Shown here piece after piece: positions 26,975 to 43,505 of a stretch of DNA of 64,000 nt. The notes under the pieces were generated by a model, which was not told the origin of the DNA, did no database searches, and saw only the letters and a list, made by a program, of their open reading frames with translations. How positions within the stretch are numbered: the stretch's first letter is position 1; each line of letters starts with the position of its first letter. This stretch comes from the human T2T-CHM13v2.0 reference genome, Homo sapiens: NCBI RefSeq assembly GCF_009914755.1, contig NC_060947.1; one strand, given 5' to 3'. Position numbers and translations under genes: made by a program.

Positions 26975-28710
26975 CTAGTAGAAAGAGTTCTAATGTAAGA
27001 TATTGGATATTCTGGATAAAATTTAGAGCCATCATATGCTATAAAATTCTAAAAATAAAATTAGTTATTTTTCTCTAGATCTGACACTTTGGAAAAGAGC
27101 ATGATGAATATTGAGAATATCTAAAGACCACTGGGAACAAAGAAATCTGCAAATATTATATTGTACCATTAATGGGAAACTTCCAGGACAAAGGGCAAAG
27201 CACCTGTAAGATGAATAAAAGAGGGAGCTGAAAGTTTCTGGATTGAGTTACTAAGTAACTTTAAGCCACTAAATATAAACATCTTCGAAACTAGCAAGGA
27301 ATTTTATTAAGTAGTTAGGGTTGCTATGGTGGCAAAAGTCTGCTTTATTTCATCATCAGGCACTTCTTTCTGCTTACTGAGGGATATGCAGTAAAGAGTT
27401 ATAAAAATTAATGGGATATTACTATCCTTACTATTCAGTAGCCTAGGACTGGTCCTATGGTTTATAGTTGGTACAGGTGACAGGTGGCGAACTTCTAGTG
27501 GTATAAAACCATCTAGGGAGAGTATTTTTAAAACACAGAAGCTGCTAGAGCAAATAGGTAAAGGGAGGAGGGTGGTAGAGAAAAAAAAAATGTAAGTTCA
27601 AAACAGGCCTTGTACTAAATATAAAAACACTAGAGCCTAGTAACAAAGTTTCAACACAGCACATTTTTCAAACAGAATGCAATCCCCTGCACATATTTAC
27701 ATTAAACCTGAACCAGCAAATCCTGAAAGATGGGATGCACACTAAGACTTCTACGGAAATGAAGTGCTATCACTATTAGATTTTCCAGTTCAGTAACACT
27801 GTAACTTACTGGGGCTTACTCCTAGTTAGTCATATCAAACAGGTAGTTCAATACCATCGTAATGCAATAATAATTACGCCAAAGCATATTGATTTTGGAA
27901 TGTCCCAGTGGTCAATCCCTTTCAATTCTCTATTATAAAAGGAAAGCCTTCTAAGTTATACCTCATTGGCATATGACTTTTCATTGCTCCCAAAAAGACA
28001 CTTATCCATAGCTATATATTCAAAACCTAAGAAGTTATTTTGCATCTTTTTACTTCTAAATTATATTTCTTTATCTGAAAATGTGAGTCACATTGAGAGA
28101 AGTTGTAGCTCTAGTTCAATAAATGACACCAAAATATCAAAGGGGTTACCTGTAGTGTCATGATGAAAGGTCAGAGAAACTTTGCTCCCTAAAAAAAAAT
28201 GTTTTTAAGTGTAGAATAGCTTTTGCATGGTATCATTATTAAGTAGCAAGTGTTTTTCTGGAATATATTCCTTTCTTACCTTTTTGCCTTCTCTCCCAAA
28301 TTGTTTTTTATGAAAGTTAAAATCCTACCTCTCTTAATTTCAGTACTAAGGATTTTAATATATTTAGTTGTTGAACAGAATAATAACAAGAGATTGTTTT
28401 TTAATCCTTTTCATTAAAACAAATTTATGTGTCCTCTTCAATCTGTAGGAATGGGAAAAAACTGACATTTCTATTTCATGAAAAAAACCAAAATCAACAC
28501 ATAAATGCTATAAGTTGGATCTGGGGTGTGTTTGTTGTTCGCTTTCATTTCTTTTGTTTTTGCAATTAGCATAGCAACTGTGTTTTCCAGGATAATCTAC
28601 TGTAACTTCTATAAAATCTCTCAAAAATTGTTACCTTTTTATCATAAATGACCTTTATGTGTGTAAATAGCAATAGTATTCAGAGCTATGATAAATTTCT
28701 GACACCATTA

Positions 28711-28884
<174 letters not shown>

Positions 28885-29479
28885 TTATTGATAAAGGGAT
28901 AGAAGAAAAAGAGAAAAATAAAATTAGACCATCAGGGTCCTTAAGAAACAAATAAAAACATTTAAAATACATATAGAAAATCTTCACACACTTTATAATA
29001 TTCCTTATAAATATACTTTATAATATTCTTCCATCTTCAAAAATATGTAAGCATCTATACATATACTGTACTGTGTGAATTTCTGTAGAAAGTATATTAT
29101 ATAAATGAAGTTCCTAATCTTTAAAAGCTTACATCGATAGATACAAATTTAGAACAATTACATACACAAATTTAACTAAGCAAGTAATAATTCATTTACA
29201 TTATTTAAAAACAATAATAATGAAAACGTTTTGAGTGAGAGCTGAAATATATCTAGGAGGTAAAATATCAGAAATCTCAACTTCATTTCCATTAGCTTAT
29301 GAATGATTAGTTTAGAAGATCAACCAACAGAGAAAATGGTTTACAAATGGGAATGAGGGCAACGGATAAAGGGGAAAGTAAGAAGATTTCTATCAGTATG
29401 GTAACAAGGAACAAGCAGGTAAGTAATGAAGAAAATCAGGATGACAATCCAGGGATATTTAGTAAAGAATGTTAAAATT

Positions 29480-30100
29480 AATATGAATATTCTTACTATA
29501 TAAAGATCTCATACAAATTAATTAGAAAAACAAAGTCCAGTAGAAAAATGAGCAGAAAAAAAGAACAGACAACTCACAGAACAAATACAAATGGTTAGAA
29601 AACACAATAATAATGTTCATTCTCGCTAGTAATCAAATAAATGCAAACTAAAACAACATAATAACATTTTTGAAGATTTAAAAAAAATGATAATACTCAA
29701 TGTTGATGAGGGGGCGGTGAGACGGGCACTCTCATACATTGCTGCTGGGAGTATAAATTGGTACAACCTTTCTGGAAAGCAATTTGGCAATATGCATCAA
29801 GAGCCTTAAAAATGTTCATACCCTTTGACCCAGAAATTCCACTTCTAGGAATTTATCCTAAGGAAATAATCAGAGATGTGCACAAAGATTTATGTATAAG
29901 GACTTTCACTATAGCATTATTTATAATAGTGAAAATTTTGAAACAACCTAAACGATCAAGAATAGGGGGATGAATTACTTATAGTACATCCATAGGGTGA
30001 AATATTATCCTAAAATTACTTTTACAATTATTTTTTATGGACATTAAAAAGTACAATATAATATTAAGTAAATAGTATCAGGATACTGTACTTTACATAT
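29480..30100 (+). mobile_element. Old L1 (L1ME-like) ORF2 3' end hosting exon 13 on its antisense strand
   Basis: ORF 29758..29973 LVQPFWKAIWQ...IPFDPEIPLLGIYPKE aligns with L1PA2 ORF2 IPFDPAIPLLGIYPKE at about 18580. Confidence 0.88.
29822..29857 (-). CDS. SMARCA1: SMARCA1 alternative cassette exon 13 (DKFLEVEFLGQR; SNF2L+13 isoform)
   Basis: TTATTTCCTTAG|GATAAATTCC...CAAAGG|GTATGA; 36 nt, phase 0; matches the 12-aa insert I recall in the long SNF2L isoform. Confidence 0.92.
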
Positions 30101-30339
30101 AGTATATGAAGTCTGATACCAATTACTTATACATATTACATATACCTAAAAAGATAGGCCAGAAATACTTGTATTTAATTTCAAAACTTCCTTCAGCAGT
30201 CATATATTACTTGCATAATCACAAAGTATGGGCAATCTTTTTTAAAATAAATGGATGGCATGGTCAAAGTTTCAGGCAGAGAAGGTAACTACCACCGTCA
30301 CAGTCAGCAGAGCAGGTAAAGGGGGCAGTATAGAAAGCA

Positions 30340-30575
30340 GCGTGGTGTAGTGAGAGGCACCTTGGCGTAGAGGAAATAGCAAAAACTTGGGCATGAATCA
30401 CAACTTCACCACTGATTACATCTGTGATTCTGGGCAAGTATTTAATCTCTCTGAGACACAGTTTCAAATGGAGAAAATTATACCAATACTTTACCGCGCT
30501 GCTGGGAGAATTCAATTGGAACTTTAAGTTGCCTAGCTTATAGTAGTTGCTTGACAAATGTTAGTTCCTTTCCCT
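30340..30575 (+). mobile_element. MIR
   Basis: GCAGCGTGGTGTAGTG...TGTGATTCTGGGCAAGTATTTAATCTCTCTGAG. Confidence 0.65.
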
Positions 30576-32159
30576 ATAAAAGTGAGGAGGCCAATTAAGC
30601 AGAGGTTACAGGAACTGAGTCAGACGATGACCAGTGGCTTTGTTAGCTGAATTTAGCTGTAGTAATGGAGAAAGGGAAAATCTGAGAGCTGTTGAGAAAG
30701 AATTACTTATTCACAGCTGGCACACAATCAAAGTAAGGAATCAAACGTGGTCTTCTTCTTATTGGGAAAATAGATGAAATGATGGTGTGGACAACATAAA
30801 GGGAAAGCAGGGCATTTCCAAGAAGAAAGGAACAGCTCTGACTTTGCTATATTTAAAGTCAATACATGAAATTCAGAGTCTCTGAGGGGATAACATTGTT
30901 TGGAATTTTTAAAAACCAGAACAATTTGGACATAAATAGGTAAACAGTAGACAGCTCAGTCAGAAATGCAAATTGGCTATTTGAGGTCAGAAAGCACGTA
31001 CTGCTCTGCCATGATATTCTCTTTGTCCTAGGAAGAAGGATCATCCTGAATGGTACCATAGGGCCTTATTTAGTATGGATTCAGGGAAACCAATCCTCAG
31101 GAATAAGTCAGCAAAAGCTCAGTAACGCTTCAAGTTGCCATCTCAGAGAGAGTGAAAAAACTATAGCACACGGAATAGTGTAAGCCTTGAAATATCCTCA
31201 TACGTATAAATGTTATTGCAACTGTTTCCCCATAGAGGTAGCAGTAAGACCTTTAATATGAAAAGGGTCTGTGTGCTTGCTGTGAACACTATGCTATGCT
31301 AGAAACAGGCTTCAATAAGGAGGCACACAAGGAACGGAGTGCCCATTGCAGCTACAGAAGGAGAGGGATGCGGGCTAAGAGAGAGTCCTTGTAGCCTGAG
31401 ATGGGGCCCTAAAGGTGTAAGGGAGAAAGGCCTGGGTGCAATTTCATGACCTGCAGTACGTACTGCAATATGCCGTTTAAAACTGTGCTCATACCTATTA
31501 TATCCTCACAACATTGTCAGAGAAAGAAGCCTAGTTGTTACTATCCTTAGAATTACAGCTACTGAGGCTCAGAGAATTAAATGGCTTGCACACGCTGCAA
31601 AGTGGTGAAGTTGGTGCTAAAATTCAGGTCTTCTGAAACCAAGTTCAGTGCATTTTCCACTATACCATAAAACCATGATCTTTACCCAAAGCATGAGTAC
31701 AGCAGGTCCTCAAGTAACATCATTTCATTATAAAACTGATGACAAAAAAACAATCAATTCCTGGCCAGGGCCACTGTCCATATGGGTTTTGCATGTGCTC
31801 CCCATGTCTGTATGAGTTTTCTCTGTGCCCTCCCACAGCCCAAAGCTGTGCACAAAAAGCAAATTGGCATGTCTACATGGTCCCAGTGTGAGTGGTGTGT
31901 GTGCGAGCATGCCCTGTGATGGAATGGCATTCTGTCCAGGGCTAGTTCCTGCCTGGGGTCCTGAGCTGCCAGAAGAGGCTCCAACCACTGTAATCCTGAA
32001 CTGGAATAAGCAGGTAAATAATTATCTTACTTGTTTTTATTAATCTTTCTTAAACGTATGTATGGCTCACATTTATTTCCATGTTTAATATTATAAGTGT
32101 TTTGGTCTTTATTTAGAAGCTTGGTGATGTCTTTGTGACCAGAAATATGCCACAGGAAC

Positions 32160-32460
32160 TGGGGTCTTGTCCTGTCACACAGTTTGAAGTGCAGTGGCAC
32201 AATCACATCTCACTGCAGCCTCAAACTCCTGGGCTCAAGCCATCCTCCTGCCTCGGCCTCCAGAGGAGCAAGGACTACAGGTGCATGCCACCATGCCTGA
32301 CTAATGCTTTTTTAAATTTTATTTTATTTTATTTTTGTAGAGACCGGGTCTCGCTATGTTGCTCAGGCTAGTCTTTACTGACTAGCCTCAAGCAATCCTC
32401 CTGCCTCAGCCTCCCAATCCCAAACGTTGGTATTACAGGCATGAGCCAACACACCTGGCC
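32160..32460 (-). mobile_element. AluJ-like nested in MER6A
   Basis: Diverged reverse dimer without T tract. Confidence 0.88.
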
Positions 32461-32555
32461 AGAACTTAAATCTTGTTTATATCAATTAGCCTAAGATAGA
32501 ATTGATTTCATCATACATTGTTTTGATTGACGTCGCAGTTTCTATAAGAACCTAT

Positions 32556-32746
<191 letters not shown>

Positions 32747-33516
32747 TGAGGACTTGCTGTACAGACTTAAAACAGAAGCCAAAGACAGAGCTCTGAAGGA
32801 TCACAGAAAACAGAAGATAAATTAGCAAAGCCTTCCAAGCAAAAGTGCTTTAAAGGGTATTAAACGCATTAGACCCATGACATTTGTGAGGAATAATCTA
32901 AAGATCTGTAAGAATTTCCATGTTTGAGAAAAATACTGCATACTAGATAAGCTTACTCACTAAGTGACTCATTCCTGCAGGCCAACCTTTTAGTGTCCCA
33001 ATGTTTAAATTCATGATAAATACCTATACCTATTTTGTCACATTTAGTTTTTACAAGAGCTCTATAAGAACCAAGATCATTCCCTTTATGGATTACTATG
33101 CTTCATGAGTCTTTAGGGTTGCTTATAAACTGGCAAAATCTCAACCATTAAACTCCACAAATGGCAAAGGTCTGCTATAGCTGGCAAATTAGGAAAAGAA
33201 AATGACATGAAATTGGAGGTTAGAGAGTAAGGTGAGAAACTGTTAGTAATTTAAAAGGTCAGAGATAGGCATGATTAGAGAAAATAAGGATGGGATGGTG
33301 TAGTGCCCTTTAGATAAGTGGTGATGTCTTTGAAGACCTTGAAAAAGATGATTTGTAAAGAATCAATGGAATGGAAGCCACACTGAAGATTGAAGAGAGA
33401 AAGAGATGCTAATGAGAAATTCAATGCACCCACCTAAAGAAAAGGCAAAAGTTCAAAACTACCTAATGTTGATATACATTGCTTAATTGAACTCTGATTT
33501 CTGAAATCTTATTTTA

Positions 33517-33663
<147 letters not shown>

Positions 33664-33765
33664 TCACCAAGAAAAAGTGAGTTGTACAACTTGTGTGAAA
33701 CTAACTTAAAAGCTACAAAATAAACATATGCAACATAAATGTAGAGCACATGAACACTCCACTAA

Positions 33766-33813
33766 CGCACACACACACGTGCACACACACACACACACAC
33801 ACACCCCCACACA
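33766..33813. repeat. (CA)n microsatellite, interrupted
   Basis: Read directly. Confidence 0.9.
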
Positions 33814-33949
33814 CCTTCAAGAGATGCTATATATAGAATTATGCATTTGTTGAGTTTGGCATTTTTTAAGGTCTTCAAAATCCTCCACACATATTGCAAC
33901 GACTTAAAAGATTGCCTTTACTTTTTCTTAAGGATGAATGATGGGTCCA

Positions 33950-34555
33950 CAGGCTCTCTCACTGGACTACAGCAATAGTCTCCCAACTAGTCTCCTGTTC
34001 CTAGTCTCTCATCCTCAATAGACCCCCATACTGCTTTCAAGGTTCTCTTCCTAACATGTAAGAGTGACATACTCCGATTGTCACTCTTCACAGCCAAGTC
34101 TTCTCTGACACTCCCTCTGCCTTCAAAATAAAAGTCCTAACTCCTTAAGGCATGGTTTAAAATACCGTTCATAATTTGGCTCCATCCATCTTTCCAGATT
34201 CATCAACTGCCACTCTACCCCAAGTACCATATGCTCTCTGTGTTCCCTTGTTTCACGCCTCTGTTTCATTACCCTGGAAAACCCTTCCCCTCCTTTTCCC
34301 CATGGTTCACTCCTACACATTGTCCAGTGCTCACCTCAAAGGTCATCTCTGTGAAGACTTTCCCAACTCCCAGTTTCTCAACATATCATAGCACTTATCA
34401 CAATGAATTGCAACTATTCCTCCTCACTACACTGTGAGCTTATCCAAGGCAAAGATTGTTGTCTTATTCATCTTTGTACACCCAGCCTGTAGGACAATTC
34501 CTGGCAAATGGTAAGTACTCAACAATGTCTGCTGAATAAGTGAATGAATGAATAT
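33950..34555 (+). mobile_element. L2 3' end
   Basis: Ends CCTGGCAAATGGTAAGTACTCAACAATGTCTGCTGAATAAGTGAATGAATGAA. Confidence 0.8.
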
Positions 34556-34621
34556 GGAAAATTTTATTTATATACAAGTCATTAATATAAATTTATTCCA
34601 TGCTAATTTAAAAATTTATTA

Positions 34622-34861
<240 letters not shown>

Positions 34862-35329
34862 TTAAACTATAATTAATCATCAATTACTAGAAAGTTAATG
34901 TCATAAACAAATGTTCCTTTGGCCATCAGATTAGATTCCTGTTTAAAGATAAACAAGATTTGATTTGAGATTAAATCTAATGGGCAAAACCTACAAAGTA
35001 ATGAATATTTGAACATGTGAACTTGTGTGTTGCTTATAAACCTGTTTCCTCCTGCTTTATCCATGACAAGAAACTGCCATCAGTTGACAATTATTTAGAG
35101 AATTCTATCTGCTAATTATCAGTAACTACAACATTTGCCTGAATTTGACATCCAACATTTACTTGTTTGAACTAAAAACAATTTCAATTTCTTATACCTG
35201 TCTTCACAGGTCATTTTTTTCTGATCCTATAAATATTTTTCATTCTCTTTTCTACAATTCCACCCCCACAGAGACTTACATATATATATACACCCGATCA
35301 ATGATAATATGTAATTATAATAATTATCA

Positions 35330-35560
35330 ACTTTTGCTGAGTGCAAGTGCCAAGTATCATGTCAAGGGCTTTATACGAATTATGCCACTAAATCTTCATA
35401 ACAATTCTGAGTATTTACTAGTATCATCCCCATTTTACAGATGGAAATTAAGGCAGCTAAGAGAAGTTAAACAACTTACTCAGGGTCACAGAAGGGACAA
35501 AACCAAGCTGTGATCTTAGTCTGAGTCCAAAGAATATACTCTTAATCTCTACCCTATACT
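35330..35560 (-). mobile_element. MIR
   Basis: CCCCATTTTACAGATGGAAATTAAGGC. Confidence 0.7.
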
Positions 35561-35827
35561 GGCTTATGTAGTAAAGAAATCATATATTTTATACATGATC
35601 TAATTGTATTTATATACGTAACATTTTGCTCCTATTAGCAGCACTATTACATTATTAACACTTCCCACTTATGATTCCTTGTGACTTCCCTTGTCAATTT
35701 CCTGCTTTAAGTGCATTTATCTAACCATTCCAGATTCTATTTTTGTAATATCCACAATCACCAACATTTTCATCAACACTAGTAATATGGTTATAATTAT
35801 TTTCACTGAAGGAAAAAGCAAGAATGC

Positions 35828-36123
35828 TTTTTTTTTTGAGACACGGTCTCACTCTGTTGCCTACCCTGGAGTGCAGTGGCACAAACATGGCTCACTGCAG
35901 CCTTGACTTCCTGGGCTCCAGTAATCCTCCTGCCTCAGCCTCTCATGTAGCTGGAAACACAGGTGTGTGCCACAATGCCCAGCTAATTTTATTTTTTATT
36001 TTTTGTAGAGATGGGGTCTCACTTTGTTGCCCAGGCTAGTCTTGAACTCCTAGGCTCAAACAATCCTCCTGCCTTGGCCTCCCAAAGTGCTGGGATTACA
36101 GATGTAAGCCACTGCACCTGGCC
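35828..36123 (-). mobile_element. AluJ-like
   Basis: TSD AAGAATGCTTTT. Confidence 0.93.
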
Positions 36124-36513
36124 AAAGAATGCTTTTAAAGAATGCTTTTTAACTAACAAGCATGCCACTGACATTACCCCCTTTAATCCTAACACCATCC
36201 TCATAAATTAAATATTATTATCCCCATTTTACAGAATGGAAATTTAGGCTATGTAACTTGCCCAAGATAACTAGCTGTTAAGTGGTAATGCATGGAATTC
36301 AAACACAGATCTATAGACTCCAAAACCTATACTCTTTTCAAAGGGTTAAATAAAATACTTACAAATTTTCTCTGAAAATATCTGAACTACTTAACTTGCC
36401 ATTTAAATATAAAATGTAATTTTTGAACTAATGGCATAACTGAACAACTACAAAGCTAATTTTTAGTAAATTCTTACACACAAATAAGTTTTAAAGGAAA
36501 TGAAATAGCTCAC

Positions 36514-36623
36514 CATTCTCGTTGCATCTTACTCAGCCCCAAGTAAATCTTTATTTCCTTTTTAGGTGGCAGACTCTTCTCTACATCAGTTTTTATACGG
36601 CGTAACAAAAATGGTTTTAAAAC
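36514..36623 (-). CDS. SMARCA1: SMARCA1 exon 10 (VLKPFLLRR...KMQRE)
   Basis: 110 nt, AG/GT flanks. Confidence 0.96.
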
Positions 36624-36934
36624 CTAAAAGGTGATCATTTTTATAAAAGTTTATGAAACATTTAATATGATTAATAATGTATTTCATTAACAACATTAAT
36701 GTGAAATTTACTTCCCACTGCATAGTCTGACAAATACTACCAATACCAGTTGCGAACTTTCTTGGTAAAGAACCACCAAGTAAGAGTCCATTAGAAAATC
36801 AGAATAGGGGACCTAAAGTAGGCATTCATGACTTCATGGCACAAAATACATGAAAAATTAAGACAACAAGACTATTGGTTGCTGAATAAGCACCAAAGAA
36901 CCCTTAAAAAAAAAAAAAAAAGAAGCTGCTGTAA

Positions 36935-37248
<314 letters not shown>

Positions 37249-37344
37249 ACAACAAGATTTTTAAACCTGAGAGGAAATCTGAAGTCAGAATATCGATCAG
37301 GGAGTCTTCAAAAATGAAATAAAAATGCAGGTCATTTCAAAGTA

Positions 37345-37660
37345 CCATCATGTGCCACTTAATGATGGGGATATGTTCTAAGAAATGTGTTGTTAAGTGA
37401 TCTCATCATTGTGCTAAGATCATAGAGTGTTCTTACACAAACCTACATGGTATATGTATTTATTTGTTTTTTCATATAGAAAACCACGTGTCCCAGCACT
37501 ATTACTCACTATCAATCATTTCCCCTACTTGATCTGCAATGCCAGTATCAAGTGCCATATATCAGGTCTCTATATATGCTCCATTATAATCTGATGGGAC
37601 CACCATCATCTATGCGGTCCATCGTTGACCATAACGCTGTTATGCCAGTGCATGACTGTA
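37345..37660 (-). mobile_element. Tigger3/Golem non-autonomous derivative
   Basis: CATCATGTGCCACTTAATGATGGGGATATGTTCT... and ...TATGCGGTCCATCGTTGACC...TGCATGACTG|TA termini. Confidence 0.8.
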
Positions 37661-38014
37661 GTTAAATATATAAATGAGGAGAAAATATTCAATATGAAGG
37701 AAAATATAGATGAATAGAGAAAAAAAGATAAAATAGTCAGTGTATACCTGGAAGACAGGTTATATCACAAGACAATAGTGCTACAATCTATAGAGTACCT
37801 ACCTACAATGTGCCAGATACTATACTATGAACTTTACATGTATTATTTAATCCTTACGATAAATCTGAAAGAAATGTTATCATTTCTATTTTAGTAAGGC
37901 CATCAAAGGAACTTTGCTAGCAAGTGGTAGATGTGGAATTCAAACCCAGATCAGGCTAATTCTAAAATCAGCTCAGTCCTGACTAGCTGTTGTGAGCCTA
38001 GGAAAGTTCTCTAA

Positions 38015-38694
<680 letters not shown>

Positions 38695-38809
38695 AAACAT
38701 TTTTAAATGGGGATAATGATACCTATTTCCAAGTCTGCTGTGGAAATTTGTGGTGGTACATGTGTAGAACTTAAGTATATAGCAGACAATAAACTGTAGC
38801 TATTATTAT

Positions 38810-39960
38810 TAGAGATCTATGGGAGGTAAGGACAGGGGAAGAGTAAAAGAAGACTTCTGGCTTCTGGTGTGAGCCTCAAAGTTTTCTAAAAGATATCCTT
38901 AAGAGTTTAAACTGCCTGTGAGATACTTAAGCAAAAAGACTCCGAAGGCAATGGGATATGAAAGTATAGTGCTTAGGAGAAGGATACAGAGAGGTCAATT
39001 TAGGAGGCGTCAGTATATAGGTGGTAGGTAAAACCATGGGAGTGGATCCCCAGGGAGAGCATGTACGAAAGTCAAAGACAAAGCCTTATAAAATGTTAAA
39101 CTTTATAAGAGACAGTCAAAGAAAGAAAAGCCCACGAAAGGGACTGATAGGGGTGGACAAAGGGTAAAAGAAAATCCAAAAGAGAACAGTATCCTAGAAA
39201 CCAAGCAGCAAAGTTTCCAGCAGGAGGAGATAGTTAGCAGCTTCAAAGCAATAGCCAAGATACTGACCAAAAAGCGTACCCTGAATTCAGCAACTGGAAA
39301 GTCATTGAAGACACTGTGAGACAAATTTCAGTTGTATGGAATGGATAGAAGCCAGTGGCCAATGGATTCAAGAGTAAACAGGAGACTAGGGAGTAGATAT
39401 GGAGAGGATAAACTACTCTTTCAAGGAGCTTAGCTATCAAGGGAAGAAAACGGAATCACAGCCAGAGGGACACAGTGTTGAGGGAGCACTGTTTTGCATA
39501 TGTGTGAGGGTGGATGGGTACGTGTTTGGATTTGGAATTAATAAGGGAGACACCTGAGCATGTTTACACTTAGGGAAAAGACCCAATATGGATGGAGAGG
39601 TAGAAAATACAGTCAGTTAAAAAGATAGAAAATATAGTCAATTAAAAAGAGGTAGAAAATATAGTCAACTAAAAAGATAAATCATGGGGGAAAGTCCATA
39701 AAGAATAGGAAGAGATGAGATCAAGGATTCACATGGAAGAATTAGCCACTGACCAGAGAAAAGACACCTCTTCCACTCAAACAGAAGGTAACACAGATGC
39801 AGACCTCCTTAGAAGGTGGACATCCTTGAAGGACTTCCTACCTAATGTCTTCTTTTTTCTTTTTGAGAAAGGAATGATGTTACCTGATGAGGGAGAAGGA
39901 GGGCAGGAGATACCTGGGATAGAAATCTTGGGGAGACTGGGGAAGGTCTGAAATAGTTGT
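38810..39960 (-). mobile_element. L2 (degenerate, purine-rich on +)
   Basis: GAATTCAGCAACTGGAAAGTCATTGAAGAC, AACTACTCTTTCAAGGAGCTTAGCT. Confidence 0.6.
39601..39677. repeat. Short minisatellite, 3 x about 25 nt TAGAAAATAYAGTCARYTAAAA(A)GA
   Basis: Read directly. Confidence 0.85.
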
Positions 39961-40462
39961 TATAGGAAACAGGAAAGAAGACTGTAGAAGGCCATGCTGA
40001 AGGATCACCAGTATCATGACATCTCAGCTTATGTTAGAGAACATGGAATCACAGTGGTTCCAACCTGGACAGTTGTGAAATCTTCTTTACCAGTGTTGGG
40101 CTGCCCCAATACAGAGATGTCCACTCTGCTAGTAAGCAGCAGAAGCAAAATTGAAGCCCAGAAGACAGAGAGACAGTTACATTACATTATTCCAGGTTAC
40201 GGTTTTTAGGCAGGTATGGCAGACGGAGAAGGGAGCAAGGGAGTTTAGGAGTACTAGCCAAAGATGGTTCAAGTGATAGAAAATGAGTTCATTGCTGGAT
40301 ACAGAAAAAAGTCACAACAGAAATAAGCTGATAGATGGGGAGAAAATGCAGAGGTCTGGGGATTAGAGGTCTCTGTGAGGTAACAGGACAAGTACAGAAG
40401 GATTAACATGAACGAAAGCACTAGAAAGAGATGAGAAATTGCGATCAAAGAATAGAAAGTTG

Positions 40463-41118
<656 letters not shown>

Positions 41119-41329
41119 TTAGGCTTCAAAGGAAGAGCTTTATACATGACAGTGGAGAAGCAGTAGCTTAGAAGTGGCAGTGGGTGAACTAGGAGAATAC
41201 CGATACCATCCTGAGGAACTGTGGGGTGTGGGAGCAGGAACAGCCTCTCTATTGGAGAGGACCACATTATTCACAGGGGAGAGCCAAAGGAAAAAAGCTG
41301 TTCTAGAGAGAGGCTGAGGACATAGAGGA

Positions 41330-41364
<35 letters not shown>

Positions 41365-41479
41365 AAAGAGGCTGTCAGAAAGGTTAGGAGGGAGAAACAG
41401 TGACATTGAGCCAAGAGGCAAACACAAGTTCAAACAGATTCCATAGCATTTTGTTTTCTGGGTCAGTTTGTGTATACTA

Positions 41480-41653
<174 letters not shown>

Positions 41654-42009
41654 TTATACAACCAATACGGAAATAATGCATTTAAAAAGTACTTTCAAAA
41701 ATATTATCAGCTGTGATAGCTACTATTATTTACTTCTGAAAATAGGTAAAATACTGGAGCAGTTAACAAAATTTGAGCCCCACTGTGTAAGAATTCCATC
41801 AACTTTTTCCTTAAAAGACATTTATTAGGCTTCCCCATACTGTAGCAATATTATATCTAGTTTGAAAAGTAGAATATAAAATCAAAGACATAATGCTAAT
41901 AAGAATGTTAATTTTACCAAACAATAAAACAAACAAAAGCAAGATAAAGTGTGCAAAGCAACTTATGGCCAAACTTGCTACTTTTTATTATCAATTAACA
42001 GTCATAATG

Positions 42010-42316
<307 letters not shown>

Positions 42317-42840
42317 GGGAAAAATCAAGCACCAAAGTTCTTAAATCTTTCCATTTAGTTTGGTGTCCTAGCATAAATTTGTGTTAATGATAAAAATATA
42401 TATATATAAATAACACATTTACACAATATGCTGTCTTTCAAATCACATACTCTGAGCTCTTTAGCACTCACCAAATGTCAATGCCTACAATAATCAAAGA
42501 TCATTTTATAGCTTCCACCTGCCAAACTAGTATATAAAAATATGTTTCAAACCCCTTCAACTTAATGAAAATAAAATGGTGAATGCACTACTATGGACTC
42601 AGCCTCACATCATAAGTTTTAGGAGTAATGTGATAGAGACAAAATTGAACAGGCAAGTTGATCTCAAAGACAAGAAGCATACTATTTCTCCAAAGATCCT
42701 CATTTTAAAACTCTATTAAAGAACTCTTTCCTAAGAAAACCAAAACATGCAGATAAAAAATTACAAATTAAAAAGTACCATAAATTTCAATCTATAATGT
42801 TTTAAAACACATGTCAGTGAAAATAAGAAAGTTATACTTA

Positions 42841-42993
<153 letters not shown>

Positions 42994-43186
42994 CTAGAAA
43001 ATAATACTCATATGAGGATTATTTTACTTATTAGAATGCTCAACATTCAGTTATACTGTAATTTATCCAACCAATATATTTTTGACTACAATATAACTTG
43101 AAAATTTTCTATGGAAAAATACCCTAGTTCAGGTGACAATGCTGCAGTGAGGCAAAACTAAACATTTCTATACTTAAAAGAATGCA

Positions 43187-43505
43187 AGCCAGGCGCAGTG
43201 GCTCATGCCTGTAATCCCAGCACTTTGGGTGGCCAAGGCAGGTGGATCACCTCAGGTCTGGGGTTTGAGACAGACTTGCCAACATGGTGAAACCCCATCT
43301 CTACTAAAAATACAAAAAAAAATTAGCTGGGCGTGGTGGTGCACGCCTTTAATTCCAGCTACTCAGGAGGCTGAGGCAGGAGAATCATTTCAATCCAGGA
43401 GGCGGAAGTTGCAGTGAGCTGAGATCACACCACTGCACTCCACCCTGGGCAACGGAGTGAAACTCCGTCTCAAAAAAAAAAAAAAAAAAAAAAAAAAGAA
43501 GAAGA
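43187..43505 (+). mobile_element. Alu
   Basis: TSD AAGAATGCA; long A tail. Confidence 0.95.

Noticed and set aside
39601-39677. Three ~25-nt direct repeats, superficially CRISPR-like
   Set aside because: No unique spacers, eukaryotic context; simple minisatellite within L2
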